NCBI RefSeq assembly: GCF_000743755.1 | Contig: NW_014569401.1 | Coordinates: 1 to 46,975 of the forward strand | Length of the DNA stretch: 46,975 bases | Source of the DNA: Blastocystis sp. subtype 4 | Lineage: Eukaryota | Reading direction: 5' to 3' | Shown: piece after piece, positions 25,478 through 35,765 of the stretch | Position numbering within the stretch: the stretch's first letter is position 1 | Layout: each line of letters starts with the position of its first letter | Position numbers and translations under genes: made by a program | Notes under the pieces: model-generated | Seen by the model: only the letters and a program-made list of their open reading frames with translations | What the model was told of the DNA's origin: nothing | Database searches by the model: none

Positions 25478-26450
25478 ATGTCTACGGATGTGTCTACGGA
25501 TGAAAAAGACCAAATCAGGAATGTCTGTATGACTTTGATCTTGAACAACAAACGATTGACGTCAAAAGAGGCATCTCGCTTTCCAAATGTTCCATACAAC
25601 TCGATCCAGCAGATATATCGGTATGGAAGATTATCTGATTCAATCTAGAGCCACTTTACATGAATTGGAAGTACAGCACGAAGCTGTTGCAAAAGCACAT
25701 ATCAGTCAACTAATTACTCAATTCGATGGTGGTATGTCCCTGGAATCGATTTCGGAAAAGGAACAGCTTTTACTACCGGTTCTACTACGAGTGTTTTTGA
25801 AGTGTTATCTCAATGTGGATTCAATGACTGCTCAAGGATATCTCCAGAATCCTAGTCTTATTCCAAATGATCGACTGCGAGATACTGTGAATAAGGAGTC
25901 TTTGCATCATTTATAGGCCATGCGATGTAATTTTATTGGAGCATCCGATGTCTTGAAACACGATCTGGTTCGAATGTCGTCTGGATTGGAGTATGAATAC
26001 TTTCTGAAGGAGCAGCTACGCAATCAGAACATTTCATTCATTTCTGAGGCAACTGCAAGACTGGAAGGTCTCTCAAAGACTCCTGATGTGGTTCTCCAGT
26101 TTCCAGTTTCCATAAACACTGACAAATATCCTTGAATCTGAATCTCTGGAGATCCTTCACAAGTAGAGGATGGAAGGAAATCAACTGGATCGAGAGCAAG
26201 GCTCTTCGGGGAGATGATTACTGGTATTTATTGTTTGAAGTAATGACAAACAGGCAAAAACAACACAAGGACCAGTTGTATTCATATGTTAATCGTCTAG
26301 GACCTGGTTGTGTCATTTATATATCCTTCCAGGTTTTTGTAGAATGTCCTTCATAATCAATGGTTTGGTTTTGTTGAGGGTGAAATCCACGATGAACGTA
26401 TTATCCTTCTCTCATCTCTTCCTTCTCAAATTCATTCCTTTGCAGATTAG
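25478..26450 (+). CDS. CDIN1: CDAN1-interacting nuclease 1 (C15orf41, TPD domain); 5 introns, 2 of them U12-type
   Basis: GLEYEYFL..L, KTPDVVL..P, INWIESKA..GD, QLYSYVNRLGPGCVIYWFGF after splicing. Confidence 0.88.
26126..26166 (+). other. U12-type AT-AG intron, 41 nt
   Basis: ATATCCTTG...TCCTTCACAAGTAG. Removal restores NTDKGWKEINWIESKA; no GT donor is available. Confidence 0.85.
26321..26360 (+). other. U12-type AT-AA intron, 40 nt
   Basis: ATATCCTTCC...TCCTTCATAATCAA. Removal restores the conserved GPGxVIYWFGF. Confidence 0.8.
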
Positions 26451-26526
26451 TGTGTATCAACTTATTGTTTATTAACAGACAGTCAATAAATATACCACTT
26501 CATATGACTGAAAGAGTGAATCCTGA

Positions 26527-27116
26527 TTAGTCAAGGTTGACGTCCTTCTCAGTGTACTTTCCAGCAGCCTTATGAGCAGCTTTGCGCTCAAGGATGTTCT
26601 GACGGTCCTTGTTCAGCTTCAGCTCAGTGATCTCAACCTTAGAGGCATCAACACCAACCTTGCAGGAAGATCCGTTCACCTTCTCGCGAGTGAGTCCTTC
26701 GATGTGAATCACCCACTTTCTTCTGTAGACTTCAGTGACCTTTCCTTCTCTGCCCTTGAAAGAACCACGGGTGACCTTCACCTTATCTCCCTTGACAACA
26801 GGAATAGCATTCACCTAAATATAATCCCACACCTCCGAATCTACGTTGTACTTATCCTTCAGGGCCTTGCTCAGAGGAGAAGACATCATCACACGACGAA
26901 TGTGAGAAGGAGCAGTGAAATGAGCCTTACGAGTAGTACGACGGGAAGAAGAGACACAAGGACTAGAAACCAAGTTAGAACTCATATTCATTTTATCTCA
27001 GACTAGGACAAGAATCTAGCACGAAAACGAACAGATCCCATCCATCATTCCATTGATCTTCCAACTATCACTTATCCCACTGTAAAATGAGAAAAGCATA
27101 CATACTTGAACTTCAT
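26527..27116 (-). CDS. RPL26: 60S ribosomal protein L26 (uL24)
   Basis: [47 protein letters not shown]; introns 27105-26963 and a short second one. Confidence 0.96.
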
Positions 27117-27336
27117 AATATGTTTATGAACTGGTATATCAATGCGATTTGATGTTAGAGGAATTGGAAATAAGGGGGGTGGGGATAAATTAGTCTAACA
27201 TGATTCTTATAGGACTCATCGATTTATGGCCATCATTTGGTTATTTGATTAGTTTTGAAGAAACCAAAAGAGATACAAGACAGATATTTATAGAAGATAA
27301 TGAAACATATGAGACCTATCCATTTCACGAAATACA

Positions 27337-28482
27337 TTACCATCCATATTTCGCACGGATCTCACGTTTTGTCTTTCTCATCTGAGCTCTCCTCTCATCC
27401 TGCTCAGCAAGAGCAACAATAGCCTCAGCAGCAAGAGAAGTGATCTGATTGCGCGTCTGCTGGACCTGCGTTGGAGCAATATGAGCGTATTTTCCGAATT
27501 CTTCTGCGACCACTTGTCGTTTCTAGGTATCAATCTCAACACACAAGCAAACCCTCTTCTTCTCCCAGTACTCACTTCCTGGTTGATCATTATGGTCATG
27601 AAGGTCATTTTGGTTCAGTTCCCGTATTGATCCTTCCTCTAGAGCGCGTTTTGTTTGTTTGTCGTAATACTTTGCATCTTCACCCTACATATCAGTCCAT
27701 CTTTTCATTCTTACAAGTAGATTTGCACTGGCAGAAGTAGCCGCATTCGCTGTGGCTAACATCCCTGACCTTCGAATAAAAGCTTCGTATTGACTTTGAG
27801 AGAAGTTTCCTCCATATCCGTGTTGAACAACTTCACTTGTATTCATTGAAGGAGGAGGTGATTCTCTCACTGAGGTTGTCCTCGGTTCTCGAGTCACTGT
27901 AGTATAGACAAATGGTGTTGTGACTTCTTCCTGATTGTGATCAGCTTGAATTGTTTCTAAATCGTTTAAGAATGGGTTGAGGGGAATTACGCCGTTGGAC
28001 TTTGAAAATGGATCCTCTTCTTCAGTAACTATATCACCTTCTACGCTGGTCACATTCTTTTCTTCAAAAGTCACTTCTTTCCTTTCATCTACGACTTCTT
28101 TCTCCTTAGAACTGATATTCGATGAATGTTTAGGAGCAGGCAAGAACGACAAAGAAGATACTGAAGTCTTTTTGGTGGTTTCAGAGGTTTTGGGTTCATT
28201 CTGGAATTCCTTCATCAACTCCTCAACAGGGACTTTGGCGAATTTTGCAATATCCAGTAGTTTCTTTTGCTTATTCTTGATGGTTTTCTTTGATTTCTTC
28301 ACTTCAGGAACCGCAGCGAACAAAGAAGTTGGTGCTGAAGAAGAGACTGATCCACTTTCATCTTTCACTTCTTTGACATTCGAAGGGATGGATTCTCTAA
28401 ACGTTATGTTTCCTGAACAAATCAACTTAAAATCACTTTTGCTGTCTTCTTCATCCTCGCCATATGAAAATAGATTTAGCAT
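27337..28482 (-). CDS. PRCC: PRCC-like proline-rich spliceosome/mitotic checkpoint factor
   Basis: N-terminal LFSYGEDE, LSFLPAPK and C-terminal RNQITSLAAEA..KTKREIRAKYGW*, the PRCC C-terminal signature. Confidence 0.8.
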
Positions 28483-28580
28483 TGGTGAGATAATGGTATG
28501 AATAACTGTATACATAATTATCAATCTATTGTATCACTATACATTTTTGTTCCATTATCTTTTTCTCACTGGAATTATTG

Positions 28581-29488
28581 ATGAATCAGCAGTGTGCAGA
28601 TGCTCTCGAGTCAATGCGTAGGGCTGTGCCTCTATGCCATTGTATTACAAACTACGTGTCGATGGACATTATGGCCAATACTTTATTGGCGATAGGTGCA
28701 TCCCCGATTATGGTAGATGAGGAGATTGTGAATCACGATTAGGCACACGAAGTTGATGAGGTTGAGGATATGGTGACCATTTGTGGTGCAACTCTCATTA
28801 ACATTGGTACTCTGTCTCGTCGCTGGATCGAAGCAATGACAAAAGCTGCACAGAAGGCCCAGGAACTCGGAAAGTGCTGGGTTTTAGACCCTGTTGGTGC
28901 TGGAGCAACGCCTCTTCGTATGCAGACCTGCTCAGAACTCTTAAAGTATCATCCAACCGTGATTCGTGGAAATGCTTCTGAGATTATGGCTCTGGCTGGA
29001 GCAATTAGTTCAGGACGAGGTGTTGACTCAACAGATTCTTCGGCGGCTGCTCTGAATGCTGGAAAGGCTCTTGCGAAAGAATACAAGTGTGTTGTGGGTA
29101 TTTCAGGTGAAGTCGATTATGTGACAGACGGAGAGCGTGTGATTGAAGGTTATAGCTGGAGTTTCTTTTGATCTATAGTCCATAATGGTGAGCAAATGTG
29201 TACTTTGATCACTGCTGCTGGTTGTTCTCTCACTTCAATCATTTGTGCATTCCTGGCAATTGGAATTGCCCCCATGGAAGCAACTGCTTTTGTAAGAGTA
29301 AGGAATACTGTTGATTGTAGACTTTTGCTTGTTTCGGAATTGCAAGTGAGATGGCGAGAGAGAAGGCAAAGGGACCGGGTTCTCTTCGTGTATGTTAATA
29401 GGATCGGCTTGAATGATAGATGGAGTTGATGGATGCCTTATATTTGATGACAAAGGAAGATGTTGTGGCTAGAGCTAGATTTGCTTAA
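28581..29488 (+). CDS. thiM: Hydroxyethylthiazole kinase (thiamine salvage)
   Basis: PLCHCITNYV..ANTLLAIGASPIMA, LINIGTL, VLDPVGAGAT, IRGNASEI, GRGVDS, ITAAGCSL, GPGS; four short introns. Confidence 0.93.
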
Positions 29489-29503
29489 ACAAAGGCCACT
29501 CTT

Positions 29504-29547
29504 GTTATGGTATTGCTGGTAAGCGTGCTTACAGTGGGTATCATAAT
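29504..29547 (+). other. Predicted 3'UTR RNA hairpin of thiM
   Basis: GTTATGGTA-TTGCTG-GTAAG[CGTG]CTTA-CAGTGG-G-TATCATAAT pairs nearly end to end using G-U pairs. Confidence 0.5.
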
Positions 29548-29576
29548 CCCTTTTGTTTGTTGTAAGTCATTTTGGA

Positions 29577-29961
29577 ATGGATCTAAACACTGTTTTGGAG
29601 CGCATTAAAGGATTTTCAGGAGTTATTGGATATGTGATTGTAAATAAGAATGCAGAAATCGTTCATACATCGTTGGATCGTGATGAAGCGATTTCACTAG
29701 CGGCAATTACCATCAAGGTTACTCAATGGAATAGAACATAATGAATAGTTGATTGGAGATGGAAATGAGGCTATTCATGAATTCGAAGAAGTAAGGATCT
29801 GTATTCTTTTCACTACTATAGGATGATGCAGAGTTTGTAAGCATCCGTTCGAAGAAGCGAGATATCATGATTGTTCCAGGTAGAAGCAATTTGTCATATT
29901 AAGAGTAGGAAGCATTTATTCATTTGCCATATTACGTGATTCGAGTACGATTGTCAACTAG
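29577..29961 (+). CDS. Dynein light chain roadblock/LC7
   Basis: VLERIKGFSGVIGYVIVN..TSLD, FVSIRSKKRDIMIVP; three short introns. Confidence 0.85.
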
Positions 29962-30001
29962 TGTTTTATAGTAGCAACAGATTTGTTAAAACAAACACAC
30001 A

Positions 30002-31063
30002 AGAATGCATCTTCACACCTAACTTATGATACAATAGAAAGAACAATACTCCACTTTCAACTCATCGTCAATCGCCTGCTTAATTGACTCCACGATCTTG
30101 TTATCTTTTTCAAATTCCTTCAATACCTTTCCATCCTCCTATCTATAAAACACATTCCAAATGGCTACACGAAGAGTATCGATATTCATCACGAAACGGC
30201 TTGTACTCGTAATGAAGCATGCATCCCAAAGAGGAATCTCATCAACACGAGGCGCTTCAAGACACAATGGAATACCAAGTTTCTCACAAATTGTAAGAAC
30301 AAGGTTGCGAACAGTGCCTTGTAATATACCTTCTCCTTTAGTATATACTGTACCATTCTTCACAGCAAAGAAATTGCTTTGGCCACCTTCGAAGACTAGG
30401 CCGTTCTCACTGAGGAGAATTTCCTCAACGGATTTGCCACTCTTCTGGTAATACACTTCACGTTGTCTGAGAATGAGGAAAGGAAAGCAAGAATACTTCA
30501 CCCATAAACTGTCCTTCACGACAGCGTTACTACGAACAACATGATACAAATCACAAATAATGGGAGGCTGATGGCACTTTGTCATTGGCTGAATCAACAC
30601 TGAAACAGGAAGTCTCTACACATCAATAAAATGAGAAACGAAAGACAGATTCAGTAGTTGGTTTTTCAATGATAACACTGAATTTCACATCAAGCTTATC
30701 CTTCAAAATAGATGGATTTACTTTGCACAAGTAGTCACGGGCCCTTCTGACATTTTCAAGAACAGTATTCTGAACCTCTTCGCGAGTGATGTTCAGATTC
30801 TTCTGTTCTTCAGGAAAGAGCCCAGAAACAGAATTGTCTAAAAATAAGCAGTAGTTACAGTCAGTACACAGACGATCAATGTGTTGACTGAGACGGAATA
30901 CTTTGGTGTGGAAAACACTTCGCGCAGTTGTATATGCAGCTAAAAATAACAGTACAATCAAGATAGTACCTCTTCCACATTCCATTAGTACTTGGTCTCC
31001 AGTTTTAGTAGTTTCAATGAGTACATTCTTTGCTAATAAAACACTACCCTTTGTTGCTGCCAT
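30002..31063 (-). CDS. PLP-dependent class IV aminotransferase-like protein; stop predicted from poly(A)
   Basis: YTTARS..HIDRL, RSNAVVKDS, EGGQSNFFAV, ILQGTVR, FITSTSR. Confidence 0.82.
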
Positions 31064-31325
31064 GATAAAGAAAGAATGAAATGATGGTAAAAAGTGGAAA
31101 CTTCGAAATTAATAAAATGAAATAAGGTCAGCACGTTCTCAATCAGAATAAAGTGAATTAAGATTGATTGGGTCTCATGTCAAAGATCCGTGAGCTCGTT
31201 CTACTTGGCTTCGAGCTAGTCTAGTTTCATAGAAGCGTTTAAGATAACTTGAAGACAATGAAATTACAGAATGCGCACCAGATCTGGTTCTCCAATAGGA
31301 TTATGAAAATGGTTTGAATCCAAAA

Positions 31326-32693
31326 ATGAATCCACTTGAGGAAATACCGCAAATCAAATCAGAAAGACTGGTTGTTGATGATCCCGATAGTAGTCTAACG
31401 GAAGCTATGCAAGATTATAAACATCGAGAAGGAATTGTCTGACGTGAATTGAATAGTTGATACATAGATACTTTCAGAGGCAGTAGCAGATGCTATATCC
31501 AGAATTATTGGAATAACTGTGGATAGTGATCTCCCCAGTTCTTTGGAGAATGGGGAAGTGGAATTAGATGTTGGAAATGATTTTGTAGTACTTGTGTATG
31601 TTATATGAGCATCTCTTCCCGACAACTCCTTTGGGACGATGGCATAGAAACCCAAGTGATTTATCTATATTATATATTACGTGTAGAGTTCAAACCATTT
31701 AAGACTGAGAATTTGTTTCTATTTAATGAAGGTTTGAAGAAACATGGAGTGGAACAAGGCTTTCTGATAACACAGCAGCATTTTGCGAACAGAGATGTAA
31801 GATTATTGTCAGTAGATTATTACAGGGTCACCGTATTGCTGTTCAGTTAACCCTCACGTTCCGATATCTTGTTGAAAATCATTTGATTGGCAATGATTCT
31901 GCTGTCGTAGTGAATGAAGCTGGTATTGGTATGATGGGAGGCTGAGGTATAGTTGAGGTAATGACAGTAAAGGAAGGTGATGACGGAAAGGAAGAAGAAA
32001 GGAAGAAGAGAGTAGAGGAGGAAACGAAGAGAGAGGAGGAAGAGAAAAGGAAGAGAAAAGAAGAAGAGGAAACGAAGAGGAAAGAAGAGGAAAGAAGATT
32101 GGAGGAGGAAAGAAGAAGGAAAGAGGAAGAAGAAAGAAAAAGACTAGAGGAGGAAAGAAGAAGAGAGGAGGAAAGGAAGAGAAAGGAGAAAGAAGAAAGA
32201 CAAAGAAAAGAAATTGAAAGACAGAAACAAGAGGAAGAAGTGAAGAAACGAGAGGAAAAGATAAGATTAGAAGAAGCACGAATTAAGCAGGAAGAAGAGA
32301 GATTGAAACAACTAGAGGATGAGAGGAAGAAGATTGAGGAAGAAGAGAGACAGAGAATGGAAGAGGAGATGGAAAAGAGAGTGAAGGAACGAATAAGAGA
32401 ACTTGAAGAAGAGCGATTGAGAAAAGAAGAAGAAGAAAAGAAACGTATGGAAGAAGAAGCTCGCCAACAGAGTGCTCTTGAATTGATTGAGGAAGAGGAA
32501 CCTATTTCTCCAACAAATCCAAATCGACTTAGTGTCTTTAGTCGAGAGCTCGTTTCACTATGTGGAGAAGTCCGAAAGATTAACAACAGCCTGAAGAAAG
32601 AGGAATTACAGAAAGCCGGAGTACTCTGTGAATTAGACGAAGAAGAAGATAGTGACTTGGTAAGAATAGTTGATATCATTCATTCTATAGTAA
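31326..32693 (+). CDS. Hypothetical protein: SANT/Myb-like segment plus long E/R/K charged helix; start uncertain
   Basis: Spliced FKTENLFLFNEGLKKHG..I..FANR, then ORF 31961. The last intron 32660-32690 is followed directly by TAA. Confidence 0.5.
31985..32460 (+). repeat. Purine-rich low-complexity tract encoding an ER/K single-alpha-helix-like region
   Basis: EEERKKRVEEETKREEEEKRKRKEEEE-type periodic charge pattern. Confidence 0.8.
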
Positions 32694-32783
32694 TAATCTA
32701 CTAGTTGATGTTTTTGTTTGTTTGATAATAACGGGAATTGATTCAATTTACCGACTCATAATAACCATCATTTCAAATCAAAG

Positions 32784-34823
32784 ATGAGGTATTTGGGAAG
32801 AATCACTCTGTTTTTACTGCTTCTTTTCACTGTTTGGGGGTATTCAGATCGATCTACATTTACAAAGACTGTTACGGTATCTTTGGACAACCGTTTTGAT
32901 TGTTCTAGCTCAAAAAGGGACAGAATGTAGTTCTGCGCATCAATGGAACAAATTCACTACGCAATTTTTGGTCTGTGCAAAAGGTATCGCTATCCTCGAG
33001 ATTAAAGGAGTACTCATATTCCATTGACAGCCCTGATTCCTCGATCCTTCGTTTTATTACTAGTTTCCTTGATGGATATGTGAGGTTATCCTCGTTGAAA
33101 GATTTCATTACTAGCAAACGATATCTTAACAATGTCCTTTTTTATGATAGCATTCGGGATGGAGAAGTTACTTCAACAATCTACTTATCTCCGTATGGAC
33201 GATCCTTTATCACACTCACGAATGACTACAAGGATGTAGACAATACGATGAGCATTAATGTTCGTTTCTCTCAAGAGTTTTCATTCTTGTATCCCATTTT
33301 GACTCTAATTGCAATATTGTTATACAAATATGCTATCAAGCAGGTGAAAACATTAACATTGATTGATTAGACTGTATTCTAACGACATCTTTCTGTATAC
33401 GATTTCTTTGGTTCTTTCTCCTATTATTGTTCTGATTGTGTTGTGCTATTCAGTAACAACATTGTCTACTTATTTCGTTCCTGTGACTTATAGAGTAGTC
33501 CGATCTCGTACCTTACAGCTAATCATCAAACTATCATTTATCTTTTTGCTCACCCGATTCATGCTTTGTCATAGTTTCTATCGATATCTTCAACTGATTA
33601 TCACCAAGCATCCTCTCTTTTCTCTAGTGTTCGAAATTATCATTCTTTTCATTTCTAGTTATAGTAGTATCTGTCTGGGTATTACTCTCTATTATATGAC
33701 ATCACACATTCGTTCCAAGAATACAACCAATATTCGCACGATTTTTGCTTCTCTTAAACTCATTCCCTTCTTCCTTCTTTTCAGTTGTAGTTCTTCTGTT
33801 CAAATATCTCTTACCATCTTCTTGGCTATCATTCTACTAGGGTTTGTGTCGGGTCAACTGAAGATGAAGAATATGTACTCTTTAAATGTGTTTCTGATAT
33901 AGAACCAATGAGTGGAGATTGATATATGCTTGTCTAACATCCGATTTCCTGACACAGAGAGGTAATGGCGATCTGTTTCCATCACTCTTAGAAGATTTCT
34001 TTCTATCATTAGAACAGAATGAGTACACATACAAAGCAATCTATCAAGAGATTAGTGAGATGAAACAGTATTTAAAATTGGTAGGATAGGAATGAAAAGA
34101 TTATCACTAGCATAACATGGAAATGCGTTTGTCACTCAATGGGAAGACATCTTCGTATATTAATGAGTTTATGAATTCATCCCGATTGATAATGGTCTTG
34201 TCATTCATTGAATATGAGAAATAGCCAGAATACTCCATGTACATTGTAATAAAGAATGCAATTCGAGATAATGAGCGGGTGAAGACTCAGTCCCATTATG
34301 GTGGTCCTATGGACACAACAACAATGATTGTTGAGGATACACCTGTCTATTCTTACAACTCAGCACCAGTCGAAGATAGTTTCTGGAATCGTCTTCAGAA
34401 AGGGATCAAATACATCTTTCATGATTCTGCTTCTCAGCCAATTCCTTCTTCCTCATTCAATAACCTTAATAATGCTGTCGGAACAACGAATCGTTACGCT
34501 GTCAATAATCGATATGGGACAGTTGGTTCGACCAATTCATATTCCTCAAATAATCATAATAATGCAATTGGTACAACTGATGCTAATGCATACACCAACC
34601 GCTATAGCACCCCATATACTTCTTCTACGCAACGGCTTTATGGATTGAATACTCGGCCGATGGATATGTATCCTCAACCAGCCAATGATCCACTCCAAAC
34701 TCCCTCGAAGTATGTGTTTGATTTCATTCCGATCCTAGACCTTATGCGACTTATCGAGGTTATTCCAACTACTCAAATCCACAAAGGCCAAACCACGACT
34801 TCTCCTTACCGCATCGCTCCTAA
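32784..34823 (+). CDS. Multi-pass membrane protein, NEMP/TMEM194-like inner nuclear membrane protein
   Basis: Signal peptide, luminal domain, about 5 TM segments, then FLSLEQNEY..EISEMKQYL resembling NEMP LLTEEEY..ALEELREFC; N/Y-rich tail. Confidence 0.5.
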
Positions 34824-34908
34824 TTGTGATCTATTTCTTTTAGTAAGATATTTCTTATCAAACAAATCATTCTCATACTCAAGATAAACCACAGAATCTG
34901 TCTCTGCC

Positions 34909-35403
34909 TTAGAAGTAGAGCTTCTTGAAGAGATAAGCAACACCAGCCTTGGTCTTCTCTTTTTCGTTTTCGTTCTGCTTCAAATAACTGGAAATCACTA
35001 TTCCATTATATTGCTTACCTCTCCTGGAAGGTCTTGGCAATGGTCTTTAAGGCAGCTTTCTTCTCGGCGGCTTCCACTCCCTCCTTTGGAAGAGCACTGA
35101 AATCATACTCAACAGTGTATCTAAGAAGTCAATTCATAAGTCTATTCCAAACCTAGTGGGCATGAAGTGCTGGAGATTCATCACCTTGGTGAAAACCTTC
35201 ATTTGAGTCTTCTTGTTGATCTTCTTCTCGTCCATGGCTCGAACAACCTTGCGGGGAGGACGTTCAACACCAACAACGACAGCATGAGGGAACTTGTGCT
35301 TGTCGTTGGCATTCTCGTTCACCTTCACAATGACAGCCTTCTTACCGGCATATTTGCCAGACAGAATGACCACAACCTTTCCGGGCTTAAGACACTTTAC
35401 CAT
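34909..35403 (-). CDS. RPL27: 60S ribosomal protein L27 (eL27)
   Basis: MVKCLKPGKVVVILSGKYAGKKAVIV..HFMPTRY..YLFKKLYF*; a 40-nt GT-AG intron lies immediately before the ATG. Confidence 0.96.
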
Positions 35404-35765
35404 CTATAGTATTAGAACACAGAAAAACCATAAAATAGCTTACATTATTCGTTTATCGCTTGAGTATAGAAGACTAGTTGTCCAGAAAAAGGGCATAACT
35501 ACCCTCTCATGAGCATGCGCTAACTTACGTAATTCCTCAAATGATGATCTCTGGATAAAGTCATAATTGAATACTATAATTGCGAACTGCATAGGAAATT
35601 GATCATCATACACAAGAATTATTGTCCCCAGATATGGAATGGTAATGACCCCTCACTGCAATTAAATAGAATAATCCAATCATTGATGTCATGTTGCAGC
35701 TACAATTAGTTTTGTTTCGTCAATTCCTTCTAGTATCTGGATTCTCTCCATATCCGTTAAACGAG

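Noticed and set aside
27651..27660. TGTTTGTT on + inside PRCC
   Set aside because: Antisense to the gene and part of coding sequence; no + strand gene ends here.
31854..32679. Ser/Phe/Leu-rich minus-strand ORFs
   Set aside because: Reverse complement of the GAA/AGA-rich charged-helix exon.
35485..35495. AAAAAGGGC as a U11 snRNA 5' end
   Set aside because: No further U11 features; better explained as a pyrimidine-rich start region of RPL27 on the minus strand.
35541..35609. ATGATGATC...GATCATCAT inverted repeat as a C/D snoRNA
   Set aside because: Box C-like word present but no CTGA box D at the expected position on either strand.
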